NCBI GenBank assembly: GCA_038208905.1
Contig: JBBQYG010000009.1
Location: forward strand, 1 to 45,915
DNA from: Candidatus Sumerlaeia bacterium
GTDB lineage: Bacteria > Sumerlaeota > Sumerlaeia > SLMS01
Reading direction: 5' to 3'
Length of the DNA: 45,915 nucleotides
In this document: one piece after another, positions 1-8,597 of the stretch
How the letters are laid out: each line of letters begins with the position of its first letter
How positions within the stretch are numbered: position 1 is the first letter of the stretch
Translations under genes and position numbers: made by a program
The notes under the pieces: model-generated
The model's input: only the letters and a program-made list of their open reading frames with translations
What the model was told of the DNA's origin: nothing
Database searches by the model: none

Positions 1-345
1 TTTCCCGAGGGCCGGCCGCTATCCGTCATTGAGGGCATCGACACGGCGGAAATCTTGGCGACCTATGGACAGCTCCCCGCGCATCCACCGCCGCTGGATC
101 CCTTCTCGCCAAAGGGTAGGCTGCCGCTGCTCTACCAGACGAATGGTGATAATTGGATCATCCTTTCCGCCGGACCCGACCGGCGGTATAGCCTTCCCTC
201 CGGCATGGCACTGTCTGGCGAAACTCCGCCGTCGAGCCTCGTCAATCTGGTCTATGATCCGTCCAACGGTGTCTTCAGCCCGGGCGATCTGTTCCGCTTG
301 AGCCGCAACCCCGGTTTCACATCGCGGTGGCAGGAAAACAAATAG
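1..345 (+). CDS. Partial (5'-truncated by window edge) pilin/GspG-like protein with C-terminal SAGPD...YDPSNG motif
   Basis: Frame is open from base 1 (FPEGRPLS...). DPF...LLYQT...W..LSAGPDR.Y and YDPSNGVFSPGDLFR are shared with the next ORF, so the two are paralogs. Confidence 0.65.
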   Translation, partial: FPEGRPLSVIEGIDTAEILATYGQLPAHPPPLDPFSPKGRLPLLYQTNGDNWIILSAGPDRRYSLPSGMALSGETPPSSLVNLVYDPSNGVFSPGDLFRLSRNPGFTSRWQENK

Positions 346-347
346 CG

Positions 348-869
348 ATGGCCAGCCGATACTCCCTCCCGTTTCGCATCTGTCGCGCGTTTCTGCTCAC
401 CGCCGCGATTCTGTCCGTTCCCGTCACGTGCCAGCTCCAGCGCCAGCCGGAAGTCAATGCGCGCTCGCGTTTCTTCGCGACGAGGAATCAAATGAAGGAG
501 TGGGACAAGCGGCTCGCCGAACTGAGGGGCGGTGCGGATTCGTTTCCGGCGGCCCGTCCGGTGGATTCCGCCAAGATGCGCGACGCGGACGGACTGGCCG
601 CTATGGCGACCTATGGTACCTTTCCTACGGACGATCCTCCCGCCGATCCCTTCATGAAACGCGCCCGAATGCCGATCCTCTACCAGACCGACGGCAAGCG
701 GTGGGCCATGCTGTCCGCGGGTCCCGACCGCAAGTATTCCATTCCCGCCGCCATATTGCTGGCGGGTGGGAAGGCTGGCCCGGACCTGCTCAGCCATTGC
801 TACGACCCCACCAACGGCACCTTCAGCCCCGGCGACATTTTCCGCACCGGCCCTGAAGCCGCGCCGTGA
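348..869 (+). CDS. Pilin/GspG-like exported protein with SAGPD...YDPTNG motif
   Basis: ATG at 348 lies just after the upstream stop. Hydrophobic N-terminus (RAFLLTAAILSVP), then DPF, W.MLSAGPDR and YDPTNGTFSPGDIFR, resembling GspG-like C-terminal domains. Confidence 0.65.
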   Translation: MASRYSLPFRICRAFLLTAAILSVPVTCQLQRQPEVNARSRFFATRNQMKEWDKRLAELRGGADSFPAARPVDSAKMRDADGLAAMATYGTFPTDDPPADPFMKRARMPILYQTDGKRWAMLSAGPDRKYSIPAAILLAGGKAGPDLLSHCYDPTNGTFSPGDIFRTGPEAAP

Positions 870-1477
870 AGGGATGGCCCTCCGTTCCGATCCTGCTGAT
901 GGCGGCGCTGTCGGTCGGCATCGCGGGCCAGTCGGTGAAGTATATCACGGGAAACGCGGCACACCTCTCGCCGGAATTCGCGCCCAAGTATCCGGAGCAC
1001 ATCGGCATCCTCCGCGCGCATGGGGTTGCCGCGATCATCGTTCTCGCAATGGGGCCGTTTCAGTTTATCGCGCCCCTGCGCGCGCGATTCCCACGGGCGC
1101 ACCGCATCAGTGGGCGCATCTATCTGCTTGGCGTTCTGGTCGCGTCCATTTTCGGCTTCCGAATGGGCCTCATGGCACATGGCGGGTGGCTGGCCGAGGT
1201 GGCGTTCTGCACCTTCGCCGTGCTGTGGCTGCTGACGGGGGCGGTGGCGCTGGAGCGCATCCTCCGCGGTGACATCCGTGGCCACCGCGCGTGGATGATC
1301 CGCAACTTCGCGCTCACGTTCGGCGCCGTAACGCTGAGGCTCTATCTCAACGCACTGCAGGCGGTCGGCGCGGATTTCGACGCGATCTATGTGGCGTGTG
1401 CGTGGGCGGGATGGGTGCCCAACATGCTCGTGGCGGAGTGGATCGTTGCGCGCCTCCGCCGCGCTGCTATTCCGTGA
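866..1477 (+). CDS. DUF2306-family integral membrane protein
   Basis: Several TM segments with H..G.FQF, HR.SGR.Y and HRAWMIRNFALTFGAVTLR motifs; GTGA overlap with the previous gene. Confidence 0.8.
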   Translation: MKGWPSVPILLMAALSVGIAGQSVKYITGNAAHLSPEFAPKYPEHIGILRAHGVAAIIVLAMGPFQFIAPLRARFPRAHRISGRIYLLGVLVASIFGFRMGLMAHGGWLAEVAFCTFAVLWLLTGAVALERILRGDIRGHRAWMIRNFALTFGAVTLRLYLNALQAVGADFDAIYVACAWAGWVPNMLVAEWIVARLRRAAIP

Positions 1478-2138
1478 GCAGCCTCTTCGTCGTCCCGGCG
1501 TTCTCCGCATCGTCGAAGATCGCGCGCACCGGAATGCGAAATCCAGGAATCACCGCGCTGGTCAGGTGACCATCCGCCTGCTTGGCGCGCAGCGCGTACC
1601 GATCACCCTCAAGGATATACTGCTCCACTACTTGAGCCTCAGGATCGATGATCCAGTACTCGCCAACGCCGTGGGCGGCATAGTCCTCGAACTTCACGCC
1701 GCGGTCGTTCTTCGCGGTGTAGGGTGAGAGGACTTCGGCGATGAAATCGGGGGCGGGGTAGATCATCTCATCGGCGTCGATGTGCTGCGCCTTCTCTTCG
1801 AGAAAGTAGCAGACATCGGGTTCGTAGTCGTTCCGAGTAAGGCCGATCATGGCCTTTTCAACCTGGACCAAACCACGCCCCGGAAAATTGCAATAGTACT
1901 TCAGGAGTGCCGCCAGAGAGAGGGTTGAATCGTTGTGTCGCCGGCGTGCGGGTGAGTGGTACACGGCTTCTCCGTTTATGAACTCGGCCTTGTCGTTCTC
2001 GGTGACCGTGTTGCGGAATTCCTCGCGGCGGCGGGCCTCCTCGGCCAGCACGGCGGCAATCTCGCTGCCGATGCCTGGCAGATCGGGAGACTTGGAGAGT
2101 TCTGCGACGATTGCCCTCATCATGATCGACCTCTGCAC
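1467..2138 (-). CDS. Uma2 (DUF820) family putative endonuclease
   Basis: KAEFINGE...SPARRRH, YEPDV, APDFIAEVLSP.T...DRGVKFEDYAAHGVGEYWIIDP signature. Confidence 0.9.
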   Translation of the reverse strand: MQRSIMMRAIVAELSKSPDLPGIGSEIAAVLAEEARRREEFRNTVTENDKAEFINGEAVYHSPARRRHNDSTLSLAALLKYYCNFPGRGLVQVEKAMIGLTRNDYEPDVCYFLEEKAQHIDADEMIYPAPDFIAEVLSPYTAKNDRGVKFEDYAAHGVGEYWIIDPEAQVVEQYILEGDRYALRAKQADGHLTSAVIPGFRIPVRAIFDDAENAGTTKRLLTE

Positions 2139-2251
2139 TAAGAGTCCCCCAAGCCCCCGATTTCTGTCAAGCCCCCACCCCCGTATTCCCCTTCACCCGC
2201 CGCCGGTGCTCTGCCTGAATCGCCCCGACTCTTTCTCCCGGGGCGCCTTCG

Positions 2252-3166
2252 ATGATCCGAGACCTGTTGATCAAGCTCTGCTCCCGCGTGGCGGAGGCCT
2301 ATGGAAACAACGAGTATCCCCTGGCCGCGGCGATGGGGCGGAAGCCCGGCGGCATCCCCACCATCGACCGGGGGATGCAGGTCCTGCTGAGGGCGCAGTG
2401 GCAGGCGCGAGCGCGTGAGGGGGCGCCGCTCCCGCCGTTTCACGAGGTTGAGTTCCGCGCCTACTCCCAGAATGGCGAGGACGGCATCCTGCTCTTCCTC
2501 TTCGCGCTGCTCGGCACCACCAACAAGCGCGTGGTGGAGATGTGCTGCGGCACCGGCGTGGACTGCAACGCGGCGAACCTGATCATCAACCACGGTTTCA
2601 CGGGGGCGTTGTTTGACGGGCGAGAGGATTTGCTGGCGATGGGGCGGCGGTTTTATTCCAAGTGCCGGGATACCTACCAGTGGCCGCCGCGCCTGACCAA
2701 GGCCTGGATCACGCCGGAGAACGTCAATGATTTGATCAGCGACGCGGGGGTCTCGGGAGAGATCGACCTCTTCTCGCTCGACATGGACGGCGTGGACTAC
2801 TGGGTGTGGAAGAACCTCTCGGTCATCGACCCGCGCGTCGTCGTGCTGGAGTACCAAGACATCCTCGGCCCCGACCGCTGCGTCACCGCGCCCAACGATC
2901 CCCAGTTCGTCGGCGTGCGCGGCAAGCACGGCACCGACTACGGCGGGGCCTCGTTGGCGGCCTTCGTCAAGCTGGGCCGCGCGAAGGGCTACCGTCTCGT
3001 CGGGTGCGAGCACTTCGGCTACAACGCCTTTTTCCTGCGCAACGATGTCGGTGCCGACCTCTTCCCCGAGATCCCCACCGGCGCCTGCTTCAGCCACCCC
3101 AAGAACGATTTCGGCATGAAGGAGCGCTTTCCCGCCGTCAAGGACCGGGAGTGGGTGGAGGTTTGA
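2252..3166 (+). CDS. Conserved protein, FkbM/Methyltransf_21-like SAM-dependent methyltransferase fold
   Basis: YSQNGEDGI, VEMCCGTG, IDLFSLDMDGVDYWVW, PRVVVLEY, GASL...KGY.LV...NAFF motifs. Confidence 0.65.
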   Translation: MIRDLLIKLCSRVAEAYGNNEYPLAAAMGRKPGGIPTIDRGMQVLLRAQWQARAREGAPLPPFHEVEFRAYSQNGEDGILLFLFALLGTTNKRVVEMCCGTGVDCNAANLIINHGFTGALFDGREDLLAMGRRFYSKCRDTYQWPPRLTKAWITPENVNDLISDAGVSGEIDLFSLDMDGVDYWVWKNLSVIDPRVVVLEYQDILGPDRCVTAPNDPQFVGVRGKHGTDYGGASLAAFVKLGRAKGYRLVGCEHFGYNAFFLRNDVGADLFPEIPTGACFSHPKNDFGMKERFPAVKDREWVEV

Positions 3167-3170
3167 AGGC

Positions 3171-3266
3171 GGGGAAAAGCGGGAAAGGCGGAAACGGCGG
3201 GAACAACGGAGCAGGACGTGTGGCATTGCCCAGCGCCTTTCCCGCCTTTCCCGCCTTTTCCCTCCC
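3171..3266. repeat. Inverted pair of ~9-nt tandem repeats (GGGAAAGGC / GCCTTTCCC) forming a long hairpin
   Basis: gggaaaagcgggaaaggcggaaacggcg after the stop codon is complementary to cgcctttcccgcctttcccgccttttccc. Confidence 0.7.
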
Positions 3267-3377
3267 TCCCCCTTCCCCATTGACCCCCGGCGCGGCATGG
3301 CATGGCCTAGCACTTCCTCCGGTTGGGCAAACCGGTGTGAGCCCGATCCGATCCAATCGCCGAGAGAGTTGAGCGCC

Positions 3378-3734
3378 ATGGAAGGAAAGAACATCCTCAA
3401 GATGGTGCAGTCAAAGCTCTCCGAGAAGGAAGAGATCATCCACGTCCAGCAGGGGCAGATACAGGAACTTACGGAGTCCCTGGAGGAGAAGAACGAGGTC
3501 ATCGTGGAGTTGATGCGCCAGATCGACGACCTTACGGAAAAGGTGAACTCTGGCGGCGCCAATGCAACCGGCACACAGGAGAACGAGGAAGTCATCCGCG
3601 AGCAGATGCAGCAGATCTTCGAACTGAGCGAGAAGGTCGAGCGCCTCGAGGCGGATCTGGCCCGCGCGACGGAGCATCAGGCGGAGTTCGAATCGCTTCA
3701 GAAGCAACTCAAGGAGATGCTCGGCGAATCGTGA
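3378..3734 (+). CDS. Acidic coiled-coil protein with three internal repeats
   Basis: ATG at 3378 (MEGKNILK). E/Q-rich heptads with repeats EIIHVQQGQIQELTESL / EVIVELMRQIDDLTEKV / EVIREQMQQIFELSEKV. Confidence 0.75.
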   Translation: MEGKNILKMVQSKLSEKEEIIHVQQGQIQELTESLEEKNEVIVELMRQIDDLTEKVNSGGANATGTQENEEVIREQMQQIFELSEKVERLEADLARATEHQAEFESLQKQLKEMLGES

Positions 3735-4330
3735 CCATCAACCGCAATTTTCTCGCCATCGGTTGCGTCGCCATGCTCGCCATCGGCTGCGCGTCCAAGC
3801 AAGCGGGCCCGCGCCCCGTCGTCCCCGATCCGCTCTTTTCCTACAACGTCGCCAAGGTTCCCAAGAACTTCCCGCTGGAGAACCGCGACTGGTCGGAGGA
3901 CGAGCGCATCGCCTCCCACCAGCAAGCCGTCCATGCCAAGCACGGCTCTCCCGATTTCTTTTGGCTCCAGTGGAACCGCGATGGACGCCTCATGACCAAG
4001 CAGGATTTCCGCACGGAGTCCTGGGTCCGCCGGGGCGAGAAGGACGTGGCCAAGCGCCAGCCCCCAAGCATCGCATGGATCTACCTCGACGACGGGCTCT
4101 CCTACGAGTTCAAGGCGTCCGGCGCGCAGGAGAAGCCCCTGACCGACATGCTGCGCATCGTCTGCGACTATGGCGATCCCGGCGAGTTGAAGGACGTCAA
4201 GGACGCTCTTGGCGAGCCCAGCGTGATCATGCAGTACTACGAGGAAGGGAAGATTTTCTATTTCAAGGAAGGCAAGAAAACCAGCGAAGAGAACGTCCAG
4301 CGCATGCCGGGCTTCTATAGCAGGGATTGA
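3731..4330 (+). CDS. Hypothetical lipoprotein
   Basis: Signal peptide ending in a lipobox-like LAIGC; GTGA coupling to the upstream gene; GC3-rich codons. Confidence 0.75.
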   Translation: MTINRNFLAIGCVAMLAIGCASKQAGPRPVVPDPLFSYNVAKVPKNFPLENRDWSEDERIASHQQAVHAKHGSPDFFWLQWNRDGRLMTKQDFRTESWVRRGEKDVAKRQPPSIAWIYLDDGLSYEFKASGAQEKPLTDMLRIVCDYGDPGELKDVKDALGEPSVIMQYYEEGKIFYFKEGKKTSEENVQRMPGFYSRD

Positions 4331-4342
4331 ACACACCCATCA

Positions 4343-4909
4343 ATGACCGACTTTAACCGCAATCCAAACGACGACATCGAGAAGGTCCTCTACTCTGCGG
4401 CGCAGATACGCGAATGCGTCGTCGAGCTCGGCGCGCGCATCAGCGTGGACTACAAGGGGAAGGATCTGGTGCTGGTGGGCATCCTGCGCGGGGCGCTGGT
4501 TTTCCTCTCCGACCTCTCCCGCGCGATCGAGATTCCCCACTCCTTCGACATGGTCGGCGCCTCCTCCTATGGAAGCGCCACCGCCAGCAGCGGGCGCGTG
4601 CAGATCACCAAGGACGTGGAAGTGAACCTGCGCGGCAAGCACGTCGTCGTGATCGAGGACATCTACGATTCGGGGCGGACGCTCGCCGCGATCCGCGACC
4701 TGCTCTATGTGCACCGCCCCGCCTCGATCGAGCTGTGCGCCCTGCTCTACAAGCGCAAGTCGGAGCGCGCCCGCGAGCTGCCGATCCGATACTCCGGCTT
4801 CGAGATTCCCGACAAGTTCGTTGTCGGCTATGGGCTCGACTATTCCGAAATGTACCGCCACCTCCCCTACATCGGCGTGCTCAAGCGCCAGGTTTACGAG
4901 AAGGATTGA
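4343..4909 (+). CDS. hpt: Hypoxanthine phosphoribosyltransferase
   Basis: LVGILRGALVF, SSYG, PRPP-binding VVVIEDIYDSGRTL, GFEIPDKFVVGYGLDYSEMYRHLPYI. Confidence 0.95.
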   Translation: MTDFNRNPNDDIEKVLYSAAQIRECVVELGARISVDYKGKDLVLVGILRGALVFLSDLSRAIEIPHSFDMVGASSYGSATASSGRVQITKDVEVNLRGKHVVVIEDIYDSGRTLAAIRDLLYVHRPASIELCALLYKRKSERARELPIRYSGFEIPDKFVVGYGLDYSEMYRHLPYIGVLKRQVYEKD

Positions 4910-5232
4910 TGAGCGGCGGCCAACCCCCCGACGCGGGCCAGAACAACGACAAGATGGCCGCCAAGGCCATCCGCGCGGAGATCAAGCGCATCCTCGACTC
5001 GTGGGACCCGCTCAGCCTCAAGGGGCTCCGGGGATTCCACACCGAGTACAACGACCACGTCGGCCCGCTCTATGTGCTGGTGCGCAAGGGCGCCGAGCCG
5101 ATGGAGATCGCCCGCGCCGTCCTCGCCCTCGCGGCGCAGTTCGGCCTTCCCGACAAGCCCGATGACCGCGAGAAGTACATGCGCATCGCGGAGAAGATTC
5201 ACCGCACGGGGCATATCCTGCCGCGCGGCTGA
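4909..5232 (+). CDS. Small hypothetical protein (WDP...EY motif, DUF1871-like)
   Basis: ATG overlaps the hpt stop (TGATG). 107 aa with ILDSWDPL...EYNDHV. This is the real 3' part of track ORF 4414..5232. Confidence 0.6.
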   Translation: MSGGQPPDAGQNNDKMAAKAIRAEIKRILDSWDPLSLKGLRGFHTEYNDHVGPLYVLVRKGAEPMEIARAVLALAAQFGLPDKPDDREKYMRIAEKIHRTGHILPRG

Positions 5233-5402
5233 GCGCCGGGCCGTTATTGGCGACCCATCTGGCCGCCGATTTTTTTCACAACTCACATTTACCGAATTTG
5301 TAGTTGACATTGTTGGCCCCCTCCACCGCATGTCTCCTCCCAATGCTTGTGGCTCACTCCGGGCGGCGCGCTGGCGTCCGCCTTTCGCCCCAAGCAGGCG
5401 CT

Positions 5403-5448
5403 CCCGTTCCCGTTCCCGCTGTTAACTCGACCCGTTCCCGCTAGGAGG
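5403..5448 (+). promoter_or_regulatory. CCCG(T/C)T hexamer repeats abutting the ftsZ Shine-Dalgarno (AGGAGG 5443-5448)
   Basis: cccgtt-cccgtt-cccgct (5403-5420) and cccgtt-cccgct (5431-5442) directly before AGGAGG. Confidence 0.55.
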
Positions 5449-5455
5449 ACACGCC

Positions 5456-6961
5456 ATGCCTGACTTCGTGCTCGACCACGAACCCGCCGGATTTGCCCGT
5501 ATCAAGGTTGTTGGTGTCGGTGGCGGCGGCTGTAACGCCGTCGATTCGATGTTCGACCTCGGTCTCCAGAACGTCGAATTCTATGTCATTAACTCGGACT
5601 TGCAGGCGCTCAAGCGCAGCAAGTGTCCCAACCGCATCCAGATCGGGGCCGAGAAGACCCGCGGTCGCGGATGCGGCGCGTCTCCCGCCCTCGGCGAGGA
5701 GTGCATGTTCGACGCCCGCGAGGAAATGATGGAGACCCTTGCCGGGGCCGACATCGTCTTCGTGACGGCGGGCCTTGGCGGCGGCACCGGAACCGGCGCC
5801 GCCCCCGTGATCGCCCAGATCGCCAAGGAAATGGGCATCCTCACCGTGTGCGTCGTCACCAAGCCCTTCAAGTTCGAGGGGCCGCGTCGCCTCAAGGGGG
5901 CCGAGAACGGCCTCGAGAAGATGCGCGACAACTGCGACACCATGATCGTCATCAACAACGAGCGCCTGCTCGAGCACGTCGGCCCCAAGGTTCCCATGAA
6001 GGAAGCCTTCAAGATCGCCGACAACGTCCTCGCCCAGGCCGTTGTTTCCATCAGCGACCTGGTGGCGACGCCGGGCCTGATCAACGTGGACTTCAACGAT
6101 ATCCGCACGATCATGGGCGGCAAGGGCGGCGCCGTGATGGGCGTCGGCGTCGGCAAGGGCGAGAACCGCGCCGCGGAGGCCGTCAAGAAGGCCACAAGCT
6201 CTCCGCTGCTCGACAAGATCGTGATCGACGGCGCCACCGGCGTCCTGATCTGCATCACCGGCGGACCCGACATGACGCTGCAGGAAGTCAGCGAGGCCAC
6301 CCAGATGGTCCACGCGGCGGGCGACCCCGACGCGGAGATCATCTTCGGCGCCGTCATCGACGACTCCATGACCGACCAGATCCGCGTGACGATCATCGCC
6401 ACGGGATTCGCCGAGGACATCCAGCGCCGCAAGATCAACAATGTGGAAGGGGCCGAGGCGTATCCTTCGGCGCCCGCACCCGCGCCGATCCAGCAGCCGC
6501 TGGCCCGCCCCGCGGCCGGCTTCCGCATGGTGTCGTCCACTCCCGTCGCGGAGGTTCAGTCCGAGGACTCAATCGATCATATCTTCGCCCAGGAGGCTGC
6601 CCCCGCTCCCGTCGCGAAGGCCCCCGAGGTCCCCGTGGCCGCGTCCACGCCGGGCCAGCCGTCGCTGCTGCGCCAGACGCTCGAGAAGATGATGTCCGAG
6701 CAGAACGGCGGCGCCCCCGCCGCCGCTGGCCAGCCCGCCATCCGCGTTGCCAAGAGCACCGCGCCAACGAATGGCGGCAGCTCGCACCCCTCCGTTCGCC
6801 CCGCGGGCCCCAGGCCCGTCGAGGCCCACGCCGCCGCGCCGAAGATGAGCATCAGCGAGGCGCTCCCCCAGGTCACGCTGTTCGACCCGGAGCAGGAGAA
6901 GGAGAAGTCCGACTTCGACACCCCCGCCTTCCTGCGCCGCCGCCGCTCGCTGTTCGAGTAA
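5456..6961 (+). CDS. ftsZ: Cell division protein FtsZ
   Basis: IKVVGVGGGGCNAV, tubulin signature GGGTGTG, NVDFND T7 loop, long Pro/Ala linker, C-terminal FDTPAFLRR peptide; strong SD. Confidence 0.98.
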   Translation: MPDFVLDHEPAGFARIKVVGVGGGGCNAVDSMFDLGLQNVEFYVINSDLQALKRSKCPNRIQIGAEKTRGRGCGASPALGEECMFDAREEMMETLAGADIVFVTAGLGGGTGTGAAPVIAQIAKEMGILTVCVVTKPFKFEGPRRLKGAENGLEKMRDNCDTMIVINNERLLEHVGPKVPMKEAFKIADNVLAQAVVSISDLVATPGLINVDFNDIRTIMGGKGGAVMGVGVGKGENRAAEAVKKATSSPLLDKIVIDGATGVLICITGGPDMTLQEVSEATQMVHAAGDPDAEIIFGAVIDDSMTDQIRVTIIATGFAEDIQRRKINNVEGAEAYPSAPAPAPIQQPLARPAAGFRMVSSTPVAEVQSEDSIDHIFAQEAAPAPVAKAPEVPVAASTPGQPSLLRQTLEKMMSEQNGGAPAAAGQPAIRVAKSTAPTNGGSSHPSVRPAGPRPVEAHAAAPKMSISEALPQVTLFDPEQEKEKSDFDTPAFLRRRRSLFE

Positions 6962-6984
6962 TCGACGCCGCCTCGAATCGCCAG

Positions 6985-7026
6985 ACCGCCGCCGATCCCA
7001 GGGGATCGGCGGCGGTTTCGTTTTTC
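6985..7026 (+). terminator. Rho-independent terminator after ftsZ
   Basis: accgccgccgatccc / gggatcggcggcggt inverted repeat followed by ttcgtttttc. Confidence 0.85.
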
Positions 7027-7129
7027 GGGGCGATGCTGCGCGATCCGATCCGTCGGATCGGGCAGATCGGGCCGACCTGTTTTTCCTCGAGTCGGCGAAT
7101 GGCGTATATAAAGAAATCAATATATCAAT

Positions 7130-8272
7130 CTATACAGCGCCCGCCTCCGCGCATTCCCGCCAGACCTCAACCATGCGGCGCGCATGGGCCTGGATGGTGA
7201 AGTGCCCGCGCGCGCGGGCCAGCGCCGCGCCGCCCATCGCGCCGCGCCGCGCGGGATCGCGGGCCGCATCGCAGAGCGCATCCGCCAGCGCCCCGGGATC
7301 GGCGTCGGGCACCAGCCATCCAGTCCCGCTCTCGACGATCAGCTCCGGGATGCCGCCGATGCGCGTGCCGATGCTGGGGCGCCCCGCTGCGCCGGCCTCG
7401 ATGATCGTGCGGCCAAATCCTTCCTCGGAACTGACCAGCAGGTTCACGTCCATCGCGCGATAGATCGCCGCCACGTCCTTCCTGAACGGCAGCCACAGGA
7501 TGCGGTCCCGCGCGGGCGACGCGGCGATGGCGGCCCTCAGGCGCTCGCCATATTCCACCGACCCCTTGAAGGCGTCTCCCGCCAGCAGCAGGGCCGTCGG
7601 GCAGCCCCTCCGGGTGGCCTCGGCCACCGCCTCCACAGCCAGCATCTGGTTCTTTCGCTCGCTCACCAGCCCCAGCAGCCCCGCCACCAAGGGCCGGGGC
7701 TCCCCCATGTTGGCGATCCATGCCGCCACATCCTGCGGAATGTCGCCCTCTGGGGCGATGGCGCCCACATCCACGCCATTGTAAACGACTTTGACGCGCT
7801 CGTGGAGTGGCGTTCCTTCGAATAGAGATTTCACCGCCTCCGAAACCGCCACGATCCGCTCACACCGGGAGAGGGAGTAGTTGGCAATTTGTCGCGGCGT
7901 GATCGACAGGCGGACGTGCCCGCAGAGGGGGACTCGTTGCGAAATTTGATTATTCAGTGTTGCACGAAAAGCCTGCGGAATGATATGAAACTCGTTTGAA
8001 TGGATTGCATCCGGGTGAAACTGCCCAATAGCCGCTCGTATCCGGGGGATCTGCAGGAATCGCGCTCTCAGGTGGCCCGCGGCCTTCCTCCAGGCGCCCA
8101 TCGGGGCAAGGACCGTCGTAACGCCCAAGTCCTTTAGTTCCAATGCGATACCATCGTCCGCAGGCACCACGACAATGGGCTCCACATCGCCTGGCAAGTG
8201 CCGAATCAGCTCCATCAGGGACCTTCGAGCCCCGAGGGGGCGAACAGACGGGGTCAAGAAAAGGATTCGCAT
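7130..8272 (-). CDS. Glycosyltransferase family 4 (GT-B) protein
   Basis: Start MRILFLTP at 8272; VYNGVD, RKNQ, SSEEGFGRTIIEAGAAGRPSIGTRIGGIPELI (E-x7-E). Confidence 0.9.
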   Translation of the reverse strand: MRILFLTPSVRPLGARRSLMELIRHLPGDVEPIVVVPADDGIALELKDLGVTTVLAPMGAWRKAAGHLRARFLQIPRIRAAIGQFHPDAIHSNEFHIIPQAFRATLNNQISQRVPLCGHVRLSITPRQIANYSLSRCERIVAVSEAVKSLFEGTPLHERVKVVYNGVDVGAIAPEGDIPQDVAAWIANMGEPRPLVAGLLGLVSERKNQMLAVEAVAEATRRGCPTALLLAGDAFKGSVEYGERLRAAIAASPARDRILWLPFRKDVAAIYRAMDVNLLVSSEEGFGRTIIEAGAAGRPSIGTRIGGIPELIVESGTGWLVPDADPGALADALCDAARDPARRGAMGGAALARARGHFTIQAHARRMVEVWRECAEAGAV

Positions 8273-8417
8273 GATCGGCAGGAGAGTCTTCTGACAGGGG
8301 ATTCCGAAATTGCCAAACAATCATAAGCGCAATGAAATCAGTAAGTTAAGAGACTTATCCCCACCATTCAATGCAGCGGCAAGGAAGCATCCTCGATGCT
8401 GTTTCGCTCCCTTTATA

Positions 8418-8464
8418 ACTCAACATATTGTAGCTGATTTGCGGATGGCCACTACAGGTGGCCA
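8418..8464. promoter_or_regulatory. Tandem NrdR-box-like sites
   Basis: actcaacatattgtag (8418-8433) is a good match to acaCwAtATaTwGtg; the weaker ccactacaggtggcca (8449-8464) starts 31 bp later. Confidence 0.5.
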
Positions 8465-8510
8465 TAATGGTCGCCAGAAATTTCGCCGTCCCATCCGGAG
8501 ACTTCGAGGC

Positions 8511-8576
8511 TTGACATCATACCGCAATCCGAGTCCTTGTTGGGGGGCCGGTGGGGAAATCGCGGGATTCATGGGG
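8511..8576 (+). promoter_or_regulatory. dcw promoter region: TTGACA plus MraZ-type (T/C)GGG direct repeats
   Basis: TTGACA at 8511; TGGGG at 8541, 8552 and 8572 and CGGGA at 8563 (~10-nt period), as in known MraZ operators. No clear -10 identified. Confidence 0.6.
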
Positions 8577-8597
8577 AAGTCGCCCAGAGAGCTTCAA

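Noticed and set aside
1467-3166. Restriction-modification pair (Uma2 + methyltransferase)
   Set aside because: The methyltransferase-like protein lacks DNA MTase motifs (DPPY/NPPY/PC), and Uma2 genes are commonly solitary.
3167-3280. CRISPR array in this or other repeat patches
   Set aside because: Units are 6-10 nt and degenerate, with no 23-47-nt repeats, no unique spacers and no cas genes.
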